Shown piece by piece: positions 13,236 to 25,999 of a stretch of DNA of 64,000 bases. The position numbers and the translations under genes were made by a program. The stretch lies in assembly GCA_002189035.1 (NCBI GenBank), contig NEEC01000002.1:4960001-5024000 (forward strand). The letters run 5' to 3'. The DNA is from Utricularia gibba (lineage: Eukaryota; Plantae; Magnoliophyta). The notes under the pieces were generated by a model. That model saw only the letters and a list, made by a program, of their open reading frames with translations, had not been told where the DNA came from and searched no databases. Numbering within the stretch: the stretch's first letter is position 1; each line of letters begins with the position of its first letter.

Positions 13236-13790
13236 CCAGGCACCGCAATCACATCCCTGCAGTGCCTGGAATACATTGAAGCCTCTTCATGTCCAGGCAC
13301 CGTAAACATGCCATTGCGGTGCCTGATAGACACTGGCTTTAATATTGTCCAAGCATCGCAAACATGTCATTGCAGTGCCTCATAGACACTAGCTTCAATA
13401 TTGTCTAGGCACCGCAAACATGTCATTGCGGTGCCTGATAGACACTAGCTTGAATATTGTCCAGGCACCGCAAACATGCCATTGTGGTGCCTGATAGACA
13501 CTACCTTCAATATTCTCCAAGCACTGCAAACATGCCATTGCGGTGCCTGGAAGGTACTACCTTCGATATTCTCCAGCACCGTAACACATGCCTTTGCGGT
13601 GCTTCGTAGACACTGGCCTCAATATTGCCAGGCACCGCAATGGCATGTTTGCGGTGCCTGGACATCTAGAGGCCTCAGTGTTCTCCAGGCACGACGAACA
13701 TGCGTTTGCGGTGCCTGGAAGACAAAGGCTTCAATATTCGCCAGGCACCGCAAACATTTCATTGGAGTGCCTGGACATGAAGAGGGTTCA
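13236..13790. repeat. Tandem array, 56-bp unit, ~10 copies, each a 12-bp-arm palindrome
   Basis: Unit starts at 13236, 13293, 13349, 13405, 13461, 13517, 13573, 13628, 13685, 13741. Consensus CCAGGCACCGCAA-ACATGCCA-TTGCGGTGCCTG-ATAGACACTAGCTTCAATATTGT. Confidence 0.92.
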
Positions 13791-13949
13791 ATGATCACGA
13801 GCATCATAAACGTAAAGAGGTAGAATTGCATTACAAATATTCTGCAAAACAAAATCACCAATGGAAAACACGCCACAAGCATGGTCTTGAAATTTAGAAA
13901 CAAGTGTGGCTAAATTTCATTGTGTATCTTCTCCCAACATATACTATGT

Positions 13950-14765
13950 TTCATACCATATCAAGCAAGTGACTTGTAGTGATCCCATAGTGGATGGTCA
14001 GAATCCAATGGGGCTTGTCCTACACGATGCTCATTCACGAAAGTTGGCACACTTGAGGCCACCAGCAGCCCCCCCAAAAAGTCTCGTATCTCACCTCCTT
14101 TAGCCAAGGCAATGTCCTCTGTAGCCTTATGGGTGTAGCCATAGGAAAGATGGCATTATCACGCTGTTGAACATCACAAGTTACAACTAGTAAGTATGCT
14201 AACACAAGAGTGTAACATATAATGTTTAGAGAATTACAATCACTTAATGGATTCCTAATTGACTTGAATGGTGAGTCATCACATTCTTCGCACGATTGTC
14301 ATGAGCACGCACATCCATTTCACTCGTTTTTTAGGCATCCCATACAAAAGCCAAACTGTTGGCTTCCGTAGAGCCAAAGACTCACTTCACTATCTCAGGA
14401 AGTTGTGCCCTATAATAGAGTTTCAACATAAGTCACCCATATCAAACAACGTAAATACGCAAAAAACTTTATGATGTCAACATTACACACCCCGTGATGA
14501 CTATATCCCCACGTCAAAGTGCTCCATACACCACTCAATGAACTGCCGGGCATGAGGTCGTAGGAAAACTATAAAAACCAGAAACACAAAGCATTACATC
14601 AAAGTCATATAGTGTACAAGCACTGAAGTAATTACATTCACCTTACCATATCTACCATAGATGATTGTATCAGGCTTCCGTGACGGTCTTTGAGAGTGAC
14701 TTCGAAACACAATATCAGCCAACACACCATTCACATCTAACACAATCAACTTCCTAGGAGGTTAC
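13950..14765 (-). pseudogene. FCP1/NIF-homology HAD phosphatase-like gene, copy B (degenerate)
   Basis: Reverse strand reads PRKLIVLDVNGVLADIVFRSHSQRPSRKPDTIIYG; FLRPHARQFIEWCMEHFDVGI*SS; DNAIFP; GGEIRDFF; GQAPLDSDHPLWDHYK. Not reported by the ORF track because it is fragmented. Confidence 0.8.
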
Positions 14766-15149
14766 ACAACAGCGGTTGAAGGGCCACCATATATCCATCA
14801 ACTCTCATACCACTCCAATTTTTCACGAAGTGATCTATTTTCTTCTAGTAGATGACTAACATCTATCTGCTGACTCTCTTGATGGACTCGAGTGCTATTA
14901 CTAGACTCTCCTACAAGCTCCTCATCAACTTCCTCAACATGCACTTGTGGGCATTTACGAGACACCCTAGTTTGACCACATCAAAAGTGACGAGTCCCTA
15001 TGGCATTGACATATGATGGCAATATATCATTCAAAGATCTACTCTTGTTACCGAAAATATCAAGGAGCGCATCTACTCCTTCTTGGGGTATCCTCTCAAA
15101 CCCTACAATAAATGTATTAAGTGAGTAAAATAAATTTGGGATGAGTGTT

Positions 15150-15854
15150 TTACTTTTGATACGCAAAAAAAGCCATACCCTTTGCCTTCCCAACAGTAGA
15201 CGAAGACTCAAGTCGTGTGGGAAAATCTAATTCTTCAGAAGGGGACACCCACACGAAACTGGTCCACCAATCATTATACCCACTACGCACATCTTCTACC
15301 AATGTTATACCTAGCTTTCCTTTCAGTGAGAAGTGATTGGTTCTCCAATTTTTCTTACATATGCTAACTGCGAAAAATACTGGAAGAGCAAGTACAAGGT
15401 GTTCTTCGACATACACGCTCATGAATGATAAAACATATGCGACCAAACGAGGAGTTAAATGAGACAAGGGAACTTCTAGGCATTTCAATAATTCAGCTAA
15501 AAATGGCTCAATGGGCAATCTTAGGCCACATCGAAAGTGTTCTGTTCTAACCGCAGACCCCAATGGTCCAACCCGCAGTGGAAGGTCACCATCGATGGTC
15601 TCCTCATCCTCCTTATCCCATAGGAAGAAGTTGTCGGGTATTATGAACCGCAACCTCAATTTATCCGATGTTCGCATCGTCTCCGACGTGTGTCGAACCT
15701 TCAAAATCTCAACTACCACCTCACAAACCTTTTCTCCAGCTCCTTGCCAACGTTCGCCTTCAAGCTTTCCGGGCAATTTTCGCGACGATGTACAAAATGG
15801 TGAAATTGCTTTGCAGTGTGTCGAGCGGCGAATTGCGGTGTGTGTTTTCACCAT
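15150..15854 (-). pseudogene. Transposase_28-like ORF, copy B
   Basis: 234-aa ORF containing TEHFRCGLRLPIEPFLAELLKCLEVPLSHLTPRLVAYVLSF...NHFSLKGKLGITLVEDVRSGYNDWWT...GKAKG, colinear with 8300-8810. Confidence 0.7.
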
Positions 15855-16525
15855 GAAAAGTATGTGTTTTCATTAGGGTGACGAGGATTTCAATGAATGT
15901 GTCTAATATTATTAAATTTAAAAAAATAAAATTATTGACCCGTGTCAACCCGTGACCCGGGACGGGTCAGCCTGTCCAACACGTCAACCCGTACCCGCCG
16001 AGTCAGAGATTTCATTTTCGACTCGGCGGGTCCGACCCGTGACCCGCCGAGTCGGACCCGTGCCCAGCTCTAGTTACATCTCTTGATAAAGATCTTTGGT
16101 TACACAAATTAAAATCAGGTATCAGCTACTCATAGCAAACATGAAAAGTGTAACATTGTCACTCAAAGCAACATGATCGTCACGATACATGGACATCTTA
16201 GGTGGATATGATCAAAACAACTAAAGAAAAAACAAAGGAAAAACATAAGTGTAGCAAACATCATAGACTTCTCCCAATCCCATCCACCATAACCTCACGT
16301 TCTGCACTATTGTTATCCATAAAGAGCTGTAACTTTATGGGGTTACTCAAGATGACTTCAGTTATTCCTAAACGCTGCATTGTAGTTAATTGCAATGGCA
16401 TCCTACTGATGATGTCTGCAGCAGCATTTTGACGTTCCCGTAAGTCATTGGTTTCAGCAGTAAGAATTTCTCTCAATTGTACGATGGCATCATTTGTACT
16501 GCATACACAATAGAACAACAATACT

Positions 16526-17740
16526 TGTTTGAAAAATCAGCAGGGAGATCAGGCGACAAATCAGACTTACAAACGTGTGGAACAAGTGAAAAAGGATGCA
16601 ATATCTTAAGAGAGACAAAGAGCATTGTTCTGCCGCCACCTACAATCTGCAAGTTCAGGCTGGGAACAGTGCTGGGGGTCAGGAACAGTGCAATGAAGTG
16701 AAGAAGGGGAGATATTTTTCAAAAAGGGGGAGAGCGGGAACAACAGACGCAGCAAGCACAGAACGCACGCAAGGGGGCTTCTCCCCCAACACAAAAAACA
16801 CCAACCAGAAGAAGGCCTTCATCGTCAAGAGCAGCACCAAAGCCCAATCCAACGCTACTGTTCCGGGCCGTGAACAATAGCAATCGGGCGACAGAACAAT
16901 CTTTATTTCTTTTCCATTTTCTAAACATTTCGAGTTTTGTACCTGACTTACTTACAATATTTCTGTCCTTTTTGCTACATTATCTGAATGACACCATGTC
17001 TTATTTTCCAAATATGAGTAGCTAAAGCCTTAGGGATATCTTAAGGTGAAGTATGGTGATATGTGCTTAGGATTAATAATGAAATTTATGTTTGTTCCTT
17101 AGCTCTTGTTTCTATCAATCCATTGGTAGACTTAAGGAGAGTAACAAGTAGTTTCACAACTAAGATGCTTTATTTAGAAGTAGACCAACAAATCAAGAGG
17201 GATGTAGTAGGTGTTAGTCCAGGATAGAATAATTAGAACCGGGTAGAATTAGTTCTATATGCTTTGCATGCGGGTAGACCAAATTACAATGTTGGTTATG
17301 ATATTGGGGATTAGCTTAGCCGAAAATATGATGAATGACCTAGGTAGACTTAGGTTATTTGAAGTTGTGAGTGTATGAACATAGTAAATTAAGTTAAGCA
17401 CCTTAGCATAACACCACCTGCAGATCCTTAAAGCATCTTCATGTTATTTTGAGTTAGAACCAGTACTTGTTTCCTTTCGCGTTGAAACCTGATATTGTTT
17501 ACTGATCTTGTTTACCGAACTTGTTTGCCACTGTTGATCCGAGCTTAGACTAAGACTTACTGTTATTTCGAATTATACATTTACTAAAACACTTGGTAAG
17601 CAGAAACTCTTCGTGATCGACCCCAACATCCACTATACAAGTTTTCTAAATTTATATTTTGTGTAGATTAGGGACTATAAATTTATTTGATACGGAAGTT
17701 TGCTTTTGTTGCAACGATATGCTAAAATTTCCGTTTATCA
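16526..17740 (+). mobile_element. Solo LTR, family A copy 2 (lacks the first ~170 bp of the other copies)
   Basis: TGTTTG...TTATCA, flanked by ATACT/ATATT. Continuous homology to the reverse complement of 4443-5601. Confidence 0.8.
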
Positions 17741-18549
17741 ATATTATATCGCAGATCGAGGGTTTCGATTTCCCTAATCTGTGAGTCTAACGTTTCTATA
17801 TGTGATTTAAAATTAGAATAATAAGATATTATATCATACATATAAGGGTATATTAGATAATTCATTTTTCCTAGTATTGAGAATTTATCCATAAGCTCTT
17901 CTAACAAATATACAAAATTGATAATCTCATATAATTGAACTCTATCTACCATACACATACTTCATTTTAAACCATTATTTATGGGATACAATAAACTAAA
18001 ATAATCTAAACCCTTTTCATTTAAACCCACCTAATTAACATGGGCTAGAGGTATAAACTGTAGTAATTTTGATTTTGTAGACTAAGCTTGATAACTGATG
18101 TAGTATTTTAGAACATTAAAAAAATTATTTGATATGGCTCATTTGATAACTAGAGATATTGTTTTTAGATTTTTAAAACTTAAGTTATATTTTTTTACCA
18201 AACTTGATAATTAAATAGTATTTTGAAACTTTATCCTTCAAATAAATATTTTGGAAAAAAATGTCTATGTGTTTTCAGTTGTTCATGACAAAGCCATGAA
18301 AAATGTGAAGTGATGTTTGGGAATTTCAAATTTCAAATAATTCAAAAATCAAAATTTTGATTAAATTATAAGCACATTTATTTTAATATAAATTTGAAAA
18401 TCATAAATTTCGAAAAACTTGGACGGCATTTAAAACTTTGGATGAAATGATGAGGAAGGAACTCCATCCTCTTATTGTCAAAAATTACTTCTGTTCATAA
18501 ACACCTCCAAGATGGGAACTCTCAATTCAAAGCTATTATGAGTAGCATG

Positions 18550-20122
<1,573 letters not shown>

Positions 20123-21229
20123 TACAACTACAAACACACAAAGAGGCATTTCATCAAACACATTGTGGGTTCTTTAAGAAGGGACTGACCCTCTTCCAAC
20201 AAATCAACGTTAATAACATTAAAAAAAAAAAAACTGAAACTGCTAACTCCACGTAAAGAACACGATTTCAATTTTCCCCTTTCTCACCCATAGTTTCAAT
20301 ACTTAACTCCCCAATTCAAGGAGTTTCCAATGAAGAGTACCACTACATTACTGACACAAACCAGATATCGACCCGAGAAATGAACCTGAACTGAATGAGG
20401 AACACTCTGCTTTGATAAAACGCAATACGGAAGAGCGCGGGCCACAGCGGACTAGAAAACGGTAGATCCTGGGGTCATAGTGTGTTTTGAATCTCTCATA
20501 GCTGACTCGGGCCGGCGGTTTGTGATGAAAACCCGCTTTGGTGGAACGGGCAGTGCCCGTTATCGGGTTCAAATGCATTTTTGTGTATTTTTTAGTATAT
20601 TGGATATAAATTTGGAAATTGGAATCCAATTCCAAAATTAAAGATTCTTCACTTATTTGATTGAGGAAATGGATATTGAATTTAGAAGAATTGTAATTAC
20701 TTTCCATATTTTTACCATATTTTCAATATCGAAATGATTGTAGGGAGAGATGTCAATCAAGTGGTTACTAGTTTCTTTAAAAAATTAAATTAATTATACA
20801 TATATTCTTACAATATTTATTAAATGATATAATTTATCCCAATATGTTACTATTTACTGTTCAAAAATTGAATAAAATTGATTTTCACTGTTTAAAAAAT
20901 TGATAAATAATTTATTTCAATAAAATAGTGTCTACAAATTTTCAAAATGACAAAATTAATCTCAACAATCAAACTTGAATTTTTACTAGTAATTCACTAT
21001 TGCTTGCTTGCTACAGCCTATCACCGTTGAAGCAATCACATCATTATCCATTATTTCACCATTTTTCGTGCTTCCATATCATATTTATTTTTTTATAACA
21101 TATTTTTCTCTCATTTTCTTATACATCAAACATTTCACCATTTTACCTTCAACAATCACCATTAGAACAATCTAATATTTTGTGAATGTTCTTCCAAGTT
21201 TATTCTTCTATGGCTCCAAAAAAGAGAGC

Positions 21230-22200
21230 GCAACAGCACCTTTTGTTGATTCTTGAAATCAATATCTTTGTTTCTACTTGGTTAAATATTTACAAAGACC
21301 TCATTGTAGGAATTGATCAAGATGAAGCAAGATTTTGAATAAGCGCAAAAGAGGTATTTGATGAAGGCTCACAAGATGTCCAGCATATAATAAATCTAGA
21401 CGCACTGCAAAAGAAATAGATTGAAGTTAGTCAATATGTTCATAAATTTGAGGGTCATTATGTGCATGTCACGTCTTAACACACAAGTGGTTAGAACAAT
21501 GAAAAAGACATGGAATTGGCATTCAAATATATCATGCGAAGCTTTTTGGATATGATATGAACAAGATGAACCCTATACAAAGAGATTATTATGTTGAGGC
21601 AATGTCACAAGTTATGACATCCTGAGCAATTTCAAATGAAATATCATCTAGTGGAATTTCAAAGAATGAAACAAGTGCAAATGCTAGCAATCTTATGGAT
21701 ACACATGATGTTGATAACTTGGATGATAATGAATGAAGTAATAAATGTAGTTATAATTATGCGTCATATATAGTTCGTGTTTTATGCTTTACATTTCCAT
21801 GAATTCTAAAATCATTAATATTGAAAAATCAAATTGATCTTGATATATGTGATTGTGGATTGAGTTTACTTGCTACTGTTGCATATTTGGCTTTTCTTTT
21901 TATTCCTTTGAACTTGTGACTTGATGCCATTCTCGGATTTTCAATCTATTAATAAACAATCTATCAGTAAATATAACATGCAATCTATGATTCTTTCTGC
22001 TTCCTAACGTTTAGGTTGTCACGGTTGAAGAAAAAAAATCCTCTCTTCACAACTGATCACATTTTTAGAATGCACTGCATCAAATCTCATGATTTCTTTC
22101 ACCCACATTTCTCCAACTAAAAAACTTCATCAGATAATTCCATGTCATTTCCACCCATTCCTCCATCATTTTGAGTCATTAATGGAGTTGTTTTTAACAC
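21230..22200. pseudogene. Eroded Harbinger-like element: Myb/NAM-associated ORF fragment (+) and possible transposase N-terminal fragment (-)
   Basis: WLNIYKDLIVGIDQDEARF* resembles the WxxxSxDPIxGxxQxxxxFW motif of Harbinger-associated Myb proteins. Heavily degraded. Confidence 0.5.
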
Positions 22201-22619
22201 ATTATTGATGGAGTGACCCACATAATAAACCTCATTGCATAAATACCATTCTACAAAAATGTTACTTATTGAATATCTCTATTTTTTAATTTCTTTGTTG
22301 AATATTTTTTTTCTTATTTTTTAATTAATTTTTTTAAATATATATATATATATATATTTCTTAATTAGTATATGCAAAATATTTTAAAATATATATATAT
22401 AAATTATATATATATATATATATAAATTAATAATTATCTTCTCAAAAAATAAATTTCTAATTTTAATTTAAAACTTCATTTTGATTTCAAATAAATACAA
22501 AATTTTATAGAATATATTTTTCAAAATTTATATTTAAAAAATAATATATATACAAGATTGATATATTCAAGAGATATAGAAAGCTAACCTTAGAAGTAAT
22601 GGTTAATTTCCACAATACA

Positions 22620-24900
22620 CATAGCCATGAAGGTCATCTTCTCCCTTACATGTTTTGGATATTTGGGTCATGTATTGAAGAGTATGAGTATTGTCGACTT
22701 GTTATATAATGATAAAGCACATGTGTATGTTCGATACAACTACAAGCTGCTCATCACAATAGCTACCTTTGTAGGAAGATATTATTTTCCAATGACTTAT
22801 GCCATTGTAGATGAACCATCAGGTTCGATGAGCATATTATATCCATTCATCGCCTGACAACACATATTTTTGAGTGTTTAGAGATAGGAAAATGACTCAT
22901 ATTTTGCTACCAAACTCAAGTTTTATTATGTATTTCTATGCTTTTGCGACTAGTACTAACGTTGCATCTTTACTTCTAGCTAGGACTGATGGGTGTGTAA
23001 ATCGGATCGGGATAATCGATCGTTGAAAAGGAGCCAAAAGGTGTTCTGAGATCCAAGCGCGGGTCAACAAACCGACAAGTGTCAGAGTTGTCAGCAGCGG
23101 CCATTTGGGACAGTTCGAAAAGTGGTCTAATTACGGCAATAAAAACCATTCAACAGTTATCTGAAAGCAGAACAATAGTAAGTATAGCAGGCATAGAAAG
23201 TAATCGACAAAATTCGGTCAAACTCATCTCATTTATAAATATAAGAAATCCTGCAGAAGAAAGGGTTGGACTCCAAGTTCTCTCACATATATCTTTTCTC
23301 CACCCTCGCCAGCTCAGTGGTTTTTTCGTTCTTTGATAGTTTCCATGTTAAAACCCCGTGTCTCTTTCATTTTTGTCGATTGCATCGCGACACACAACTC
23401 ATAAAATCGGTGTTCGCCCCTCTTACCGATTTTCGACCACAACAAGGACTAAATTGATTTAGTCTCAATCTTAACTCTAATAGTTCACCTAAGCAATGAA
23501 GAGCATGTCAACGACCCAAATCCCAAGGAGCCAAAAGAAAATAGTGGAGTGATAGAAGATGAGGACGAAATTTGAAAAGAAAGGATACCAAAATCCGAGG
23601 TGTCTTGGGACAAAGGGGGATGAACATGCTTATTGTTCACTAAACCACACTATCACTTAATCAGTCTACTTTTTTAATAGACCAGGATAGATACAGGAGG
23701 AGAATATAATGTTTTATATCATAAACAACCCTAATTAGAGGTAGACCAAAAATTAGGGAAAAATAAGGATTTGGTTGAACTTGAGTCTTTCCTTGTTAAG
23801 TGTGATTTTAAATTTGGGTGGTATAGTTATAATGATTAGCATACTACCTCTGAATGTCTCAAGTTATTACCTTATTTTATTTTAGATAAATATCTACTTT
23901 TACTTGTTTACTATCTTTTTGAATATTATTATCGAATTGCTTTAATTTTAGCTTAGACTAAATCTCTTATTCATGATACAAATTGAATGCACCAACCTTC
24001 ACACAACAAGCACATAGCTCTTTGTGTTCTGCCCTAGTGCACTATGCTCATATTAGTCATATAATTAAATGTGAATTAGGTTTATAAATTTATTTGATAA
24101 AAGAATCTGTAATCTTAACGACATTGCATAATCAAAAAGATCGACTTTTAGTCACTGCAAGTATGATGTCCAGTTTTCGAGAGCCTTATAAATACCATCG
24201 ATTATGTCTCTCACATGTACGCATGAATTGGTTGACACATTATAAGAGTCAGCATTGCATAGTTTAATATGAATTGCAGAAAATCCATCTTGTCGATATG
24301 AATTTTAATGGTTAATTGATACAATCCATTGGGGCATATCAATAATTAATGAATATCATCTAAACATGTAAACATTATCCTTGCAACCATACGCAACATG
24401 TAATTTATAAAAAAAAATATTTTATTTAATAAATTTTATAAAAGTGATTAGATCACTAATCTCATATTCCTACAAGTATGTCATAGTTTCAACATACAAC
24501 CGCAAAAATTCATCAATAAGCTATATTCGATGAAAATATTGGTTGCCGTATATAAGAGTAAATTCTGATATTTTCGAAATGAATTTCATTGTTATCCATC
24601 CTCATTCATGTGAAGCCAAATGTTGCAAGGCTATATGAATGACGTTAGAGATGACATACAATAACTTGCAAACAAGGACCAATGAATTGGATAACTGTTA
24701 GTTCAAACTCTAGAAGATCCACTACTCATTCGAATCATGAAAAATAAGAGGATCCATTTATTCATTTAACGTGAAATTCCTTATATGATAATGTTTATAA
24801 GGTACAAATGAAGACATCATCATTACTTGGACCACTTTTTTGATAAAATCAAGCACCACAATCAGTAAGCAACTCTTGAAACACAACTAAAAAATCTTAT
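22620..24900 (+). pseudogene. MuDR/MULE transposase remnant, interrupted by an LTR
   Basis: CFGYLGH...HVYVRYNYKLLITIATFVGRYYFPMTYAIVDE before the LTR, and DRLLVTA...REPYKYHRLCLSH after it. Confidence 0.55.
22826..24134 (+). mobile_element. Solo-LTR-like Gypsy fragment
   Basis: Starts (c)gatgagcat. Its 3' part (ataaatttatttgata...aacga...atca) resembles the family A LTR end. No TSD found, so boundaries are approximate. Confidence 0.55.
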
Positions 24901-25149
24901 CCCTAAAAGATGTTCGAATAATTGATAAAATAATTACAAATTTAAAATTTTTTATATTTTTTGTTCGATTTTAATTTCTGTATTTATTAAATTTGGTTGA
25001 ATTTTATTGATAAAATGTATAAAAATGTAAATTTTCATTCTTGCATTTAGAAATGATAAATCATACATGTGACTTAATTTTGTATTATAATATAAAAAAT
25101 TTATTTAATTTTATTATTTAAAAGATATTTATGTTCATGTATTAACAAA

Positions 25150-25860
25150 TTTAATTAAAACTATTAAACTATTATTTAATATATATATATATATGTATAT
25201 GAACTATTTTTAATATATCAAATATCTTTTTATAATTTTATTGTTTAACTCATATCAAATAAAGATATTCAGCAAAAAAATTAAATAAATAGATATTTAA
25301 TTAATTTTATATCTTTTAGCAAACATTTTTTTTACATTAGGTATTTTGTCAAATTTCCCCGTACAGTGTGCGATGGATGGATGATGGACATGGATGGTAA
25401 TAGCACGATAAGGATGGCGATCAATAATAAAATTTGTAAGAAAAAATTAATATTTTAATATGGATATCAATCTTCATTATGGAAAACAACAAAAATATAT
25501 GGTTCCAATTTAATTTAGGAACCAATTTTATAATATAATAAAATAGTGGGGATCAAACATGTATAATATTTAAATATTGGGAAGCATAATATTCGATATG
25601 GTCAATTACATTCTAATTATATAATATTAGAAGTTAAGCTTGTCAAATATGTCAAATTTTTTAATTTAAATATGCTCAATATATCATAATATAAAAATTA
25701 AATATATTATTTTTAATTAAACATTGAAAACTCATCGGGTTATTTTTGACAAATATTAGGAACTTGGTGCACCAAAGTCCCATTCTTCATAGCATCTATT
25801 CTACTATATTTTTTATTTATAATTCAATATAAAAATTATCAATTTACACATCATAAATTA
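25150..25860 (+). repeat. Non-autonomous AT-rich dispersed element, copy 1
   Basis: Colinear with 41790-42560, e.g. aggtattttgtcaaatttcccc and cattatggaaaacaacaaaaatatatggttccaattt. Confidence 0.75.
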
Positions 25861-25999
25861 ATATAAAAAAATGGAGCAGTTGTAGGACTCCACAAGTATG
25901 AGTGAACATAAGCAAGTGCACTTGGTGAGTTATGTATTCCTTTTATAAATCTGACTCTCTTGCTCTTTCCACTAAATTCCAGATTGCCAATCTTCTATC

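Larger units (their letters stand above)
11186..16072 (+). mobile_element. hAT DNA transposon with a nested insertion
   Basis: 14-bp perfect TIR TAGAGCTGGGCACG / CGTGCCCAGCTCTA. 8-bp TSD GTTACACC / GTTACATC (1 mismatch). Subterminal ACCCG/CGGGT repeats at both ends. Confidence 0.93.

Noticed and set aside
13236-13790. CRISPR-like array (regular palindromic repeats)
   Set aside because: The intervening segments are homologous to each other rather than unique spacers, there are no cas genes, and the context is a eukaryotic plant transposon. It is a tandem repeat.
16261-16521. 86-aa minus-strand ORF as a gene
   Set aside because: It may be the C-terminal fragment of a Harbinger Myb ORF, but there is no diagnostic motif and it is cut by the LTR.
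20348-20707. 119-aa ORF as a separate gene upstream of PYRB
   Set aside because: The 5' part is AT-rich promoter-like sequence. It is better explained as the PYRB leader exon (see findings).
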